Assembly: GCA_010093815.1 (NCBI GenBank)
Contig: ML996565.1
Origin: Pseudovirgaria hyperparasitica
Lineage: Eukaryota
DNA length: 64,000 nt
Strand: one strand, 5' to 3'
Below are positions 35,182 through 48,137 of the stretch, piece by piece; the first letter of the stretch is position 1, and the number at the start of each line of letters is the position of its first letter. The translations under genes were made by a program, and so were the position numbers. The notes beneath the pieces are model-generated. The model was not told the origin of the DNA. It was given only the letters and a program-made list of their open reading frames with translations, and made no database searches.

Positions 35182-37705
35182 ATGCCTTTCGGTTTCTCTC
35201 TCTACCGGCGCAGGTCGTCCAAGCCTGCCCGCAAGCTGTCCACCGCAAAGAGCTTTGATGAGCGTGACACTGCTTCCAGTGCTGATGACATTCCTCTAGC
35301 TGAGAGCGGTGCTCGCATACCTACTCCTGCTCCTTGGCGTCGCAACAGCGACCCTCATAATCTTAGATTGCTCGCTGCCAATGCCAACGACATCCAGCTC
35401 GTCAGCATGTCTCGTCCTGTCACTTTGACTTTCACCTCTCCGGGTGCCAAACCGCCAATCTATGTTGCTGGTTCCTTCACTCGTCCACCATGGACTGCTA
35501 TCGAAATGGACCAGGCCGAAGACGCACCGAACGGTGATCCTGTCTTTATCAAGACCTTCGATGACGTGGAGACAGGTGAATACCAGTACAAATACCGACT
35601 TGGTAACGGTGACTGGTGGATGTTAAACGAGAAGGTGGAGACAGGTGAGTGCCATTTCAGCTCATTAGTCATGGCATGAACTGAGTGTGGCACAGCCACG
35701 GACACCTGTGGCAACAGGAATAACATTCTACGAGTGTTTCGAACAGGACCAAAGCCGCCAGTTGTCGACGAATCGTCATCCCGGAAATCCGTTACCAGCC
35801 CGAGTACAGAGTTCTTCTCACAGGATGAGGAGGACAAGGCGTCTGTAGAGTCAAGCGATCTGACGGATGAAGGTACCTCTCCATCTACTACGGACCCATC
35901 TAAACAAACCCCAGTAGCTGAAAGAGCTCCAATCCCATTTACTGTAGTCGAGATGGCCCCTGACATAGCTCGACCCGAGTATGGGGATATTGCGAGTGCG
36001 AAACTTAACGAGGATTCAGGAAAACGCGAAAGTGATGCCGATCCCGATACAGAAATACATGCACCCAAAGAATCCCTGCCAGACTCGCACGCAGATCCGC
36101 CAAGAAGATTCTCGGTGCCCACCCTCGTTGTTGAGCGGACAGATGATTCGCCTCGGTATGGCGACGATTTCGGTAGAAGAGCTAGTCTCAGCCAACGAGT
36201 TGCGCATGAACTAAGAGCTGCGGACGCCCAACCTGACCAAACAATAATATTGCCACTCAAGGGAGAAGAGTCTGACACGTCGCGAAATTCCTCCGAAGAC
36301 GATTCACAGAGATCTATAGATGGAGACAGCAACAACGAGGAAGACGAGCCTGCACCTCTGTTTCGACACGAGACGATAGCGACCAAAAGCGAAGTGGAAG
36401 ACGAGGTTGAGCCTGCACCTCTCTTCCGACATGAAACCATTGCGACTGGCGACGTATCACAGGCTGATGTGGCGGATTACGATGAGGAAGAGCCAATTCC
36501 ATTATTTCGGCATGAAACGATTCCAGACCATCAAGATCCGACCGCATTTCGCCGTCACAGCACCCATATCGAAGTACCCGAATCGCCATTTACCCCGGGC
36601 AGCTCCGTCGAAGATGTGAATGAGAATATCAGAGACACAGCACGCAACCCTGATCCGGTAAGGGTTGATGATGGCATGCCGCTATTTTCGCATGAATGTG
36701 TCCCCGATGAACAGGGCAGTCGGTCCATGAGCCAGATGTCCGGTCGCAGCAAGTCTGGGACCTCATTGCAAAGGATCGCTGAAGACCCAGATGACACGCC
36801 CGTCGAGGAGTTCCCAACTGACAAGGCCGAAATTGTTGGAAAACTGCAGGAGACAAAGCGACGGCTAAGTAGAGATGACTCCCCTGTCGATGAGAATACT
36901 TCTCCATCGCCAATACGGCCAGGAGCTTCACCTAGAGTCTCAAATTACTCCGCAGAAGCACCATCTCCACTAGAGCCGATATCTGAAGACGTGGCAGTCG
37001 AAGACGAAGAACCGCTTGATTCGGTACCTCTATCACTCTCAGACCCTGATCTCAAGCTCAAGACATCAGAGGTTCGAGAAATTGGTAACTAAGCTTCTGT
37101 CCTCTGTGCTAATTGTTCTGCGCTGACTTGAAGGTAGCTCTGGCAACTCCACCTGAGACCCCAGTGGACGTTGTTATCGTCTCGGAAGATGAGTTGTCTG
37201 CACCAGACAAAGTCACTTTGGAAAAAGAAGTATCAAAGTCGCCGGTGTCGACGACAGAGCTCGCCACCACTACAGGTGCTCATGAAGGGTGCACTGACGA
37301 AAGTCACTCCATGCACCGAAGGGTGAGACGTACAACTCGCTCAACGTCTCCCCAATCGCACGATCGAGCAGCTACGCCATCGTCCGTTCGGTCGGCGCAG
37401 ATACCTCAGCAGAACAGCCAAGAAGGATTTCTTGCTGCATTTTGGCGCGTCGTATTGGGCGGTTGCATAGGACCTATTGGCAGATGGCTGTCGCAGATAT
37501 TTGGCAGCAGACGCAACGCTACGTAAGGGACCTCTCTCATGATCACAGTGTCAAGACTCTCGCAATTGTAATTTGAAACTTTGAAGCATTTTTCTGTCCT
37601 TCGCAGCGTATAATTAGACTGACTTTCCCATCCACCAGGATCTCCCTCAGTACCATAGCTGGTATTACCGTAGCACTGGTTGCCGTCGCTTACCTCCCAA
37701 CATAG
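35182..37705 (+). CDS. AMPK-beta-type glycogen-binding (CBM48-like) domain protein with acidic disordered body and C-terminal TM anchor (start may be 35407)
   Basis: IYVAGSFTRPPW, YQYKYRLGNGDWW and spliced DTCGNRNNIL; the final exon ISLSTIAGITVALVAVAYLPT* follows the intron starting at ~37522. Confidence 0.78.
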
Positions 37706-38453
37706 ATTGCTTAAGCTGTTTGTCCTGCTAAATTAGCGGTACATGGGACAAGATGTCTCATGAATGACTTACGACCATTTGATAGTGAAATTTGCGGGTT
37801 TGGGATTTTACACAGTCCGAGGCGATGACCTAAATTGCCTGCACCAAATTGAAGAGAGTTTGTCTAAACTTCATCGACTGTGCATGAAAAGAATCGGAAT
37901 CAAGAGTGAAGGTCTATTTAATATAAACTACAAAAGTGGCGCTAGGTTGGTTACACAAAGACCAAGACCCTGAGCTGTGCCACTGTTTGCATTCTGCAAC
38001 TTGCCCATCCATTGCACCAGAACTTTAACGTCAAAGTTCCACACTCTTCTACACTTTTCCTTTCTCTCATTCTCTCACTCACTCACAAACTGTTTGTTTA
38101 GCCACACACTTGGCTCACTCATATGACCTTTTTGCTGTCTTTGACGTCTTGAGTGTCGTCGGCATTATTTTCACTTCACACCAACTTTGCCACTCGTACA
38201 AAGCCTAGCTTTCGTTGTACCCGACAACGACATCAGGAAATCCTTCGAAGTTGACTCTACATGCTCAACGTTCACGTTTGTTATACATTCTGTCCACCCT
38301 ATTGACAGCCCTATTCTCAAAGTCCCTCTCCACGAAACCTTTTATCTTTCCTGGTTCACGTGGGAATTACCGGTGAAACTGTTGCTACCTGCATTTGTAT
38401 CGCTACTGTCCTGCCGTCAAATCTTTGGTATTGAACGTTGAGAACAAATCAAT

Positions 38454-40513
38454 ATGGCTACAGACTCTCAAAGAAGACAGAACAGTGTCGCCAGCGCTGA
38501 CGACTCGTGTGCGTCCAGCGCATGCACTGCATCAACCTCTTTGACGCCTTCTTCACCAGCACATATTATACCGGCCAGCAATGGTGCAACGAAGAAGAAA
38601 CGCAATAACAAGAGCAGAAACAAAAAGAAAAAGGCCATAGACTCGTCGCAAACGGCAGTCCTTAGCACACCTATATCAACTCCTCGTCTATTCGAGATCA
38701 AGAAAACCCCAAACCGTGGACTTGGCGTCTTTGCAACTCAGGACCTTCCAAGAGGAACTCGAATCATGACTGATACCCCGATAATACGCATCGAAGGTTC
38801 AGAGTGTGGCGAAGACGAGGTCATGGATGCTTATGATAAGCTTGATGCTTTCGACCAAGCTCAGCTCTTGACTCTTGAGAAGCATTTTCGCGCCGAGCAT
38901 CATGATATCATGCACCTGATTCGTAAAGTGACCATATCGAATTTTGAAGAAGCCAAGGCCAGGCTCGAATCTCTTTTATACGATGACAGTGTTCAAATCC
39001 GTGAGATCACTGATCCCGAGACCGAGACCGAGACCGAGACCAACAGCCGTCGATTGGCAGACATGGGTATTGACGAGATCGCTGATGCCGAAGCCGATAC
39101 CTTCGTTGCGCCTGGAATAGACCCTACTGTTACTACTACAACCTCGCACACCGACTTCCAGATTCCTCAAGGTGTTCAAGTCATCAATCTAGAGGACTCT
39201 GACGCCGAAACTATCAAGGACGACACAACTGTCTCTGACATCGATTCCGACTCTTCGGCTGAGATTGCACGGGAAATACGTCACAAATATCGAAGTCCTT
39301 ACCCACGCGATATTCCAATATTGACGTTTCCTGCCGCCAACGCAAGATGCCCCAGGGAGGCCGACATCCTCCGCATGACATCCGCCCAGCGCTCTACCGC
39401 CCTCGCCAATGTAAAGAAGGAACTTGCCATTCTTGAAGCCCAAGACGAGCGTCGTGATATTTGTGCAATTGTTCTAATGAACCACTTCGTCTTACGCGAC
39501 CAAAGCGTAAGCGTTGACGACCCCAAGCCGTTCATCGCAGTATGTCTCAGCGCAGCCCGGCTGAACAACGACTGTACGCCCAACGCCAACAACCTGTACA
39601 ATAGTAGCCTCGGCGCGATGACAGTGCATGCAGTCCGCAACATCAAGGCAGGCGAGGAGATCACCATCGCGTACACCAACAGTCTTTACGGGGCCAAGGA
39701 ACGCAACATACGCTGCTTCCAGCGAACGGACATGCATTGCGATTGCAAGGCTTGCGAGAAGACTGACGACGGCCTTAGGTTGGATGAGCGCCGCAAGATC
39801 ATGAACAACAATACTATCTACCTGCAGTACTACCTGCGTGACGACCACCTTGACGGTCGCAACCTCGACGGCCATGACATTATGAAGCGCGGCAACGAGC
39901 TCATTCGTCTCATGACCGAGGACGGCCTCTGGGGCTCTCATCTAGCACAAGCGTGAGTGTCCTCCCATTCGTGCTCTAGTTCCCTTTCTGTCCTTTCATT
40001 CGTGCTTCAGTTCCTTTTCCCCTCCCCCTAAACCTTGACCTTAACCTCAACATCGCTGCTGACCTGCCCAGCCGCAACTACCAAGCCCGCATCTGCGCCA
40101 AGATGGGCCTGCGCAAGCTCGCCATCATGCACGCCGGCAAAGCCATCGAAGAAGCGCGCGTCGCCCTAGGTGACGATAACCCAGAATTCCAATACACAAA
40201 GGCCGCCATGGAGATGATCATCGCCGGCGGCGGACGCGAGCCGATTGCAGCTTCGAAGGCAGTAGGTGGTGATGACGTTCGTAGTGGTGCTAGCGATGAA
40301 GGAGATGGCGTGAAGGGCAAGGAGAACGAGATGGGCGGCGGCAAGATGACGGCAGCGAAGAAGACGAAGTCAAAGGCCAAGAATCTGAGCTGGGTCAAGC
40401 ATGTGCTTGAGCAGAGGAAGAAGGCGGAAGAGGAAGAACAGGCACTAGCACGAGGCGAGAGTGCGGGACAGGGCGAGCGGGTTCTGTTCGTGATGACGGA
40501 AATGGGAGAGTAA
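38454..40513 (+). CDS. SET-domain protein (split SET, SMYD/Set5-like)
   Basis: RGLGVFATQDLPRGTRI, RLNNDCTPNA, AVRNIKAGEEITIAY and post-SET CDCKAC; intron from 39953 (GTGAGT) to ~40071. Confidence 0.85.
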
Positions 40514-40899
40514 AGGGAAAAAAAGGCCATCCATTTAGGGGGCTTGGGTTGACGGTATGCAACAAAGGCGTAATGAGGATAGACTTACATAAAAGTCCGG
40601 AGGGCTTTCGAGCCGCACTGGGGGGGACTCTATATCAGCGTTGGTAGATACCACGTCATCTTGAGCGGAACGTCCGCTCGGATATTACGTAACGTAGATA
40701 AGCATATAAAGGGGTAGAAAATGGGTTTCTTGGAGATAAAACAATGTGTGCGATGTGTATTGTATGCATGAAGCTTGTTCTCCCAAAGCCACACTTAGTC
40801 CACATCAGACGCTCTTCAGATACATCCACAAATACCGGGCTCTGCTAAGACCATCCCAGGCCAGTCCCATAGCCCCTCCTCTCCCAATAAAACCCCAAT

Positions 40900-42054
40900 T
40901 CACCACCCATACTTCGACCCGGCCTCCTTGCGATTCCTCCTCCCTTCCGCAAACTGCTCCTCCAGCGCCTCCGCCTGCCCATTCGCATTCGCCACCAGCT
41001 GTTTCAAACTATGCTTCCCGCCAGCAACCGCGCGCACAGGCGCCTTGCCCACGGTCTCGCCCGCGGCAATCGCGGCCTCGTTCTCGGCGTACTGCGCGTC
41101 CATGCTGAAGGTTTTGATGGCGTTGGCCGGGATTGCGGCGCTGGGATCTTTGGCGTGGCGGCCGAGGAGTTGGCGGCGTGCTGAGGCGGGGAGGTTGAGA
41201 TCGGAGGCGAGGAGGGCGAGGGTGTTTGTGGAGTCGGTGTTGGCTGGGGGGTCTGTGGAGGGGGAGGGGGTGGGGTCTATTTGGGGCGCTGGAGCGGGGG
41301 CGTGGTGGAGGATGGGTGCGTAGGTTGTGGGTTGGGGGATTTGGATTTGGTCCTCGGAGGCGGAGAAGGAGAAGAGGGAGGGTTTTGGTTTCGGAGGTGC
41401 GGTTGTGGGTTGTGTTTGGTTGGAAGCGGCGGATTCGGGGGGAGGTCTGGAGAGTGCTGGTGCGGGGGATTTGTTTGCGAGGGGTTTTTTCTTTTGCTTG
41501 TTCATGACGGAGAGGGGTTTGAAGAGCATTGGTCTTGGCTTTGGTGCTTCGCTGGCGGCTGTTTGTGCTTGGACGGGTGTCTCTGCTTGTGTTTCGTGGA
41601 AGGCGGCAGGGCGGACTTCGTCCTCGGATGCGGTGGTCTTGAATAGATCTGGCTCTGGCTCTGCTCGTACACGGCTGAATGCTGGCTCTGCGCCGGTCTT
41701 CAGGCTGACTCCGGCACCGAGACCTCTTCCTAGCCCTCTTTTTCCACTTGATGCACTTCCTGCTGTATTGCCTTTGATGACGCCTGTCCGTTTTGGTGCA
41801 GGGAGCATGGCGTTGAAGCCAGAACCCTCTGTCCTGGCTCGCTTGATCGGTCGATTTGTACTCGCGTCATTGTCGTCCTTCTGTTTTGGCGCTGCGCTTG
41901 GCAGACTGACCTTGATCTTTGTAGGATTCGAGCGGTCGACGAGCTTGGTGAAACCGGATTTCGCGGACGGCGCAGGCTTTGGTGCCTGCTTTGGAGGTGG
42001 CGATGGACCTTCGCTGTCTGAGCCTTCAGAGTCTGAGTATGCAACGAGCGCCAT
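40900..42054 (-). CDS. PRCC C-terminal domain protein (MAD2B-interacting family)
   Basis: MALVAYSDSE start; C-terminal GKHSLKQLV...LEEQFAEGRRNRKEAGSKYGW. Confidence 0.88.
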   Translation of the reverse strand: MALVAYSDSEGSDSEGPSPPPKQAPKPAPSAKSGFTKLVDRSNPTKIKVSLPSAAPKQKDDNDASTNRPIKRARTEGSGFNAMLPAPKRTGVIKGNTAGSASSGKRGLGRGLGAGVSLKTGAEPAFSRVRAEPEPDLFKTTASEDEVRPAAFHETQAETPVQAQTAASEAPKPRPMLFKPLSVMNKQKKKPLANKSPAPALSRPPPESAASNQTQPTTAPPKPKPSLFSFSASEDQIQIPQPTTYAPILHHAPAPAPQIDPTPSPSTDPPANTDSTNTLALLASDLNLPASARRQLLGRHAKDPSAAIPANAIKTFSMDAQYAENEAAIAAGETVGKAPVRAVAGGKHSLKQLVANANGQAEALEEQFAEGRRNRKEAGSKYGW

Positions 42055-42330
42055 GTTGAGGAAGGTCAATGTATGAAGATGATCAACTTGGAGTGTTTTG
42101 GCATGACGTTGAAATGTTATGGCGCTAAGAATCGTCCGGCAGTAGCGTGGGGAGAAAGGCACTGACTGGCGGGCTCCACTTTTCGCGCGCCGATCAGTGT
42201 GTCTCCGCAAGGATACGGATCCATCCATGGATCCATGACGCCTCAGGCTTCCAGTTCCGCAGCGTCGTCGAATTGAAAGTCGTCGAGGTCCTTCGGTCTA
42301 CACTTCACGCCCTGTGACGATGAGCTGACC

Positions 42331-44894
42331 ATGTCCTTGCTACAGAACGAAGAGTAATGCTACCTCTCACCATGAACGACTGATTGCTAACGCGTGCCAG
42401 CTTCGTCCTCTACCAACTCCGCACGTCCTACCTCTCACACATCAAAGATGGCGTTGGCGAGCGTCTAATCACCGTCAACTCGTCTGTCTTGAACAATCCA
42501 GCCTTCCGCGTCGCTGGATGGAACGCGCATGCCTCCGACATCAAACGCACCTACTCCCCACCCATACCTACCGCTGTCACTTCCGATTACTTCCAAGCTC
42601 CCCGCTCCGCTGGTCTGTCCGCGCCAACAGGGTTTGGTGACGATGATGAAGAGGGGGGTTTAGTAACAGGTGGACATGGAAGCAATGAGACTGTGGGGCC
42701 GTCGATCAATGCGAGGCGGCGACGACGAAGAGAACAGCTCGAGGAGGATGACAGCAGTGACTTGAGCGACGAAAGCGACGATGAGGATGGCGCACAACGA
42801 CCAGTAACACAGATCAAGTTTCAAAAGATGCCCGTACGAAATAGAGCAGGCTCATCTCCGTTGCGGAGTAAGGACGGACCATCTCTGATGATTACGTCGC
42901 CGTCAAGACCACCGGAGAGTGCGCTTAGGCGTGGCTCGCTAGGGGCGTTGGAGGCTGTCAAAGAAAGGGCCCGGAGAGACACCGTTACGAGCAGCGAGAT
43001 GTCGTCGGAAAACGAATTCGATGCGTCAGCATTCCAGCGTCGGACTGTGCGACCACATCGCCCAAGCAAAGCAGCGGCGGCCAACATGCTTTCGCAACGA
43101 ATCGCCGAGGATGAGAGGGAGAGCGAGGTACACCTAGAAGAGATTCAAGCTGAGATTGAGGCAGGCGGTGAATCAGACGCTAGTTCGTTGTCATCGTTCG
43201 CTGGCTCTGTCGACAGTAACCTATCGTTGGGAGACGGTCATGGAGTCACCTCACAGCCGTCACTACGACTAGGGTTAAGTAGTATACCTACTGGCCCATC
43301 GAATCCATCTCCGAAGAAAAGTCGATCGGGGCCTGCGTTACTGCAAGCTCTACCACCGCCACGACCCATCAGTATGATTCAGCCTGTCAGTGCACTCACA
43401 CAGGCTTTCAAAGCAAAAGATAAGAAACCAGAGAGCCCTTTCCAGAGATTCGCGACGCTGTCAGGCGAAGGTAACCCGAATCCACTTTGGATCAAGATCC
43501 ATGTTCCGTTTTCAAAATCTTCAAAACCGATTGAGATGCCGTTGCGCAAAGCTGCCGAAGACGGTCGACCTATCTCAGCAGGTGATGCCATAGGACTGGC
43601 TCTATATAAATATACCGAGGCAGGAATTGAGCCTACAATACCATCAGAGAAAATGAATGTCAATCACTGGGTATTTCGAATGTATGAAGATGGAGAGGTA
43701 GAAGAAGACTTCCCTCCAATCACAAGAACGAAGCCGATTGCGGACTTCACATCCAACAACAATCGCCCACCGAACCGGCGAGCAAGGGACAAGCCCTGGG
43801 ACGAATTTGCTCTCGTTCAAGCCTCTGAAAGCGAGTTCCAGGACAATGAGAAAGCAACTCCGATGTACACCAAGGAGGCTCATGAAGCTATGGAAGGATC
43901 CTCCGCATCATCTATGGCATCTACTGCTCCCTCAGCTGCCATTTCGCAGGTATCTACAGCGCCGACCACGCCAGGGATGGAGCACGGGCCTGCCACTGGG
44001 ATCGCTCGCCCATTCCGCAACCCAGTTCTAGGTCTCGGCTTCAACCCGACTACCACGTACAAGAACGCCATGAATCCCCTAGACGCTCCCGCTACTCCTG
44101 TGTCACATGCCACGCCGCGCATGGGCGCCCAAAAATCCATAACTATCAGCTTCCATGACGACCAATTCAATGTCCGTAGGGTCAATATTGAAGCTACAAC
44201 CGATACGTATATCGCAGAAGTATTCGAAAAGGTCTGCCACAGGCTGGCTATCGATAAAGCCTTATTCGTACTCAAAGTCAGTGGCACCCAAACTGTTGCC
44301 CCGACCGATAGGACCGTTGAGGCCCTTGGCGATCGCAACGAACTCGATCTCGTGCGCCGCAGATTTGTTACAGACGGCGCTTTCGGGCTGTCTGGCTCTC
44401 CTGGTTCATCGTCACCTAATGCGCCGTTGCTGATCAGCACCGGCGGAACACCGAAGAAAGGCAAGAAGGGTGCGCGTATGGGCGGCGACATGATCCACCC
44501 CTTGGCACAGAAGCAAGACGCATTGACTGGTGGTGGCATCAGCACGTACAAGCGCTATGCTGTAACTCGCAAGCAACCGATGTCATTCTCGTCCTCCTCA
44601 TCGCGCATCCTGGCACTCGACGGCGAATACATGCACATCATGCCATCCGAGACTGGCGGTGGCGGTGGAAACAAGGCACTCTTTGAACCGCAGGGCAAGA
44701 CAACCGTCGTGCCATTCTCCAGCGTTGTCGGTAGCAAAGTGAGCCGGCGTCATCCGAGGATGTTCCGCGTGGTCGTGTACAAGGAGCGCGAAACGAAGAG
44801 ATACGATTTCGAGGCCAGCAGTGCGGGAGAGGCTCAGGAGATTGTGAAGGAAATCAAACGTGCTGTGGAGAGATTTCAGGAGGGCGCTTACTGA
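42331..44894 (+). CDS. sin1: TORC2 subunit Sin1/Avo1
   Basis: Spliced start MSLLQNED|FVLYQLRTSYL; CRIM-like domain (GDAIGLALYKY, WVFRMYEDGEVEEDFP) and C-terminal PH domain (LALDGEYMHIMP, KRYDFEA). Confidence 0.9.
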
Positions 44895-45299
44895 ATGGGC
44901 GGTTTTGGGTAGTTTGCTGTGCTTGCATTCTTGGGTTCAGGGATAGGGTGGCTGGTTTCGGAGTATATGTAATCTACTCAAGCTATACTACTACTACTGG
45001 GTAGCATCATCAACGACTTAGGACGTACATTGTAGTATAGTGGAACACGTTTTGTTGTGCCTGAATGGATGCCTTGTTGCCTGACTATTCTGCCTGATGA
45101 TGGATCGGCCTGTGGCTGTGGCAGGGCTGTGCACTCAATTAGGCATTGTACACTTTCTCGACATCTCGAATTCTCCGATGCATAGCCAATTCGATAGTCT
45201 CTAATAAAATCTTGGCCTCGATACTTCTGGTGCTCGGGTTGAAGCATGACATGATAGGATCAACATCGACTCGAAATCTACAGACATCTCGCGGACGCA

Positions 45300-46777
45300 A
45301 TGGCGGCCCATAACCAGACATCAGCACTAAAGGTGATGGATAACCATGCGGATCGGAAGCACATCAGCCTGAGTTGTCTCTCAAATGAACTTCTGTTTCG
45401 TATATTTCGGCATTTCGAAGCCTCAGACGACGAGAGTCCAGATCTCGCAAATACGAAGACTCTGTGTGCCCTCTGCAAAGTATCTACTAGGGTGCATCTA
45501 ATAGCACAGGACTTACTGTATCGGCATTGTTGGTTATACTTCGATGTCCCAGATAGCGATAAACGAGTGCGAGACGCTGCTCGATTTTCGGACGTCAATA
45601 GCTTCATTCGCACGCTTGCATGGCGGCCTCAACTATATCGACTGGTCCGCAGTGTACATTGTCGGCTTGCCGATGTATTTGCAGAGGGCTGGACTGCTGT
45701 CAACGACCTACTCGCTCAACTGCCCAATATCAGATTTGTCACACTGGAAAGTACGTACATGTGGTCCACGCCCCGACCGGGCGTTCAAAAAGCCTACATG
45801 CCGGACTTCCTTGCGGTTAATCCAGCACCGATGTTAGATACGTTTCAGATCACAGGCGGGATCACGGATATGAGTGGGTTTCTGAGACTCATGACCACCG
45901 GGACGATCCAATCTTTGATAATGCATGACTTCTCGGCCACTCATGTGCCACAAGCTTGCCGTAACATGCAGGACAGCACCCACCTTCCGAGCCTTACCAT
46001 CAGACGTACTCGGCTGGCTGTAAACGTCTTGCATGCGCTCATTTCACGCACGCCCTACTTGAAGCATTTGATTGTCGATAACGCGTTCTGGCACGAGCCT
46101 GTGGCTTATGAGACAGCTCGACCAAGGCGATCACGGGAGTGGAGACCTTCACTGATATACGTGGCAATAGCTCAGGTTCGAGATACTCTTGAGACGTTGA
46201 CGATTAGCGAGACTGTGGGGAACTGGAATCATCGAGAGTCGTACTCGATGAATTTTCAGGATTTCAGTCGATTGAGACGCCTTAGTGTCACGTCCATTTG
46301 TTTCTTCGGCTTCGAAACCGTGTACTTTGCAGTGCCATCCGCATCATCACACTGTTCACTACGCGTGCCCCGTGGAAGGGAGAAAAGGGGATTCTGGGCT
46401 CTGTTGCCACCTCATCTCGAATCTCTCACAGTATGTATATGAGAAAGAGCGGACCACGAACACCTAGCTTACTTTTCTCTCAGCTTCAATTCCCGCATAG
46501 CACTGGAATGTTTTACGACGACTTTTCTGGGGCTGAAGATTTCTATGGTCGAGATTCCCAACCAGTGGAAGAGTATGAATGGGTCGAAGAGATCGCCGCC
46601 CATAAGACTTCTCACGTTCCGTGCCTCAAAGAAATTCGCCTACTTGAGCTACCACTTGGATATGAGACGGGGCTTTCACATAGCTGGGTCCAGCCGTATT
46701 CGGTACAAAGGGCGTATGCGGAGCACCACATTGAGCTTGAGGTCAAGCTACGGACTTATCCGAAGCCTTTGGGGTGA
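45300..46777 (+). CDS. F-box / leucine-rich-repeat-like protein
   Basis: LSCLSNELLFRIFRHF...LCALCKVS (F-box-like); LxxLxL repeats and LLPPHLESLT; intron 46431-46483. Confidence 0.72.
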
Positions 46778-46857
46778 CCGACGCTATGCGATCCTCAGCC
46801 ATGAACGGATTCCGTGACCCAGCTTGATCCATTAAAGCCATCTTTAGGGATGGTCTT

Positions 46858-48137
46858 CTAGTGGAGCTGTAAGCTGTGTCTGAGGCGGTGCTTCAGCGAA
46901 TAGTTCTGCAGTTCTCTCTCGAAGATTAGCCGTGCTAAATCTTTAACAGTTGGCCCTAAGAAGCCATAAAGTTCATCATACCGCGATTCATATTCCAAAC
47001 TTCTGGCCGGTGGATTCACCCTTTCGAGACATTGATACATTTTCGGACGCTAAGTCACTGCCACAACTCTCCTTCGTTAACAATCTGTGCGGACTGCTCA
47101 ATACGCGGCCGTAGTAGGTTGCAAGGGCTCTTTGCTTGTGAGTAGAAGCACAAAGAGGATCAAGTAAGAGAGTTCCTGTAACACGCCACAAGAGTTGATC
47201 AGCCACCAAAAATGTACGTCACCTTGAGACGTATCATCGTACGTCGACGCCGGCTACGCATTTTCGTTCCACCCTGGGCTTGTCAGCCTTCTCGCTCAAA
47301 TCAATCTCTCTTGACTCTAAGCCCGCTTCAACAACTCTGCGCGTCTCATATGGAGTCATGTGAAGGTCATGTACAAAATTAGAACAAGCTATCACCATCA
47401 TGACTAGCTGGACGTACGACCGCGCCTTCCACCACGCCTGATGATGATGTCCAACCAACTCGATTTTTAGTTTGTACGATCGACCAGGCGGGTCTCTAAT
47501 AGTCCACCAGAAATAGGACACAGATGGTCAACGGACAGACACACTACGGCAACACGAACACACTATGGCAACATGAACGGTGCTTCTATGTGAGGGATCC
47601 TCGCGTCACCAGATACCTCAAGCGTCCTCTCCACAATGCTCTTCAGAATGACCTACTTCGGCACACGCCCTTACGCCTAATTAAGTCTTTTATTAACTCC
47701 TCGTTCGATATTCAGATTCTCAAATCGTCTAAATGCCGCAACCCCTGTCCACACGCGCAGCATTAACAACGCTGTGGACCATACTCGTTCGTTAGGCGCT
47801 CGCAGTCCCACTGCGGAAGGCATAATCTACGCACTTAGCCGAAAGCCTCCGCCTAAGGAAGCTGTGTACTTGTATCTTGCGTTATGAGAAGATAAAATAG
47901 AAACTGAAGGTGAGAATCACATTCTCTTCCGGCTGACGGGCTGCGCAAGCGCTTGAAGCGAGCGGCTATGCTAGTCCGTGCCTCTGTATGAGTCCGTGAT
48001 GGTGAGAAGATGGAAGCCGATCTGCGGCGAGAGACGTGGTGGTTGCTATAAACACAGAACGGAGGGCGTTCTATGGAAGAGTGAGTGGGGCGGATTGGTG
48101 CGATAGGTCTCGGCAGAGTTGAGGAGGGGCGTTGCAC
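46858..48137 (-). pseudogene. Possible degraded gene remnant
   Basis: Chain of short, protein-like minus-strand frames broken by TAG/TAA stops, plus one intron-like GT..GCTGAT..CAG segment; no family recognised. Confidence 0.25.

Noticed and set aside
35460..36440. 326-aa minus-strand ORF
   Set aside because: Antisense shadow of the CBM48-like gene; no motifs.
40663..40679. GAGCGGA-ACG-TCCGCTC hairpin / CGG-N5-CCG site
   Set aside because: A 7-bp stem between convergent 3' ends is expected by chance in 64 kb.
41226..42076. Several Gly/Trp-rich plus-strand ORFs and G-runs
   Set aside because: Explained by Pro-rich codons of the PRCC-like gene on the minus strand.
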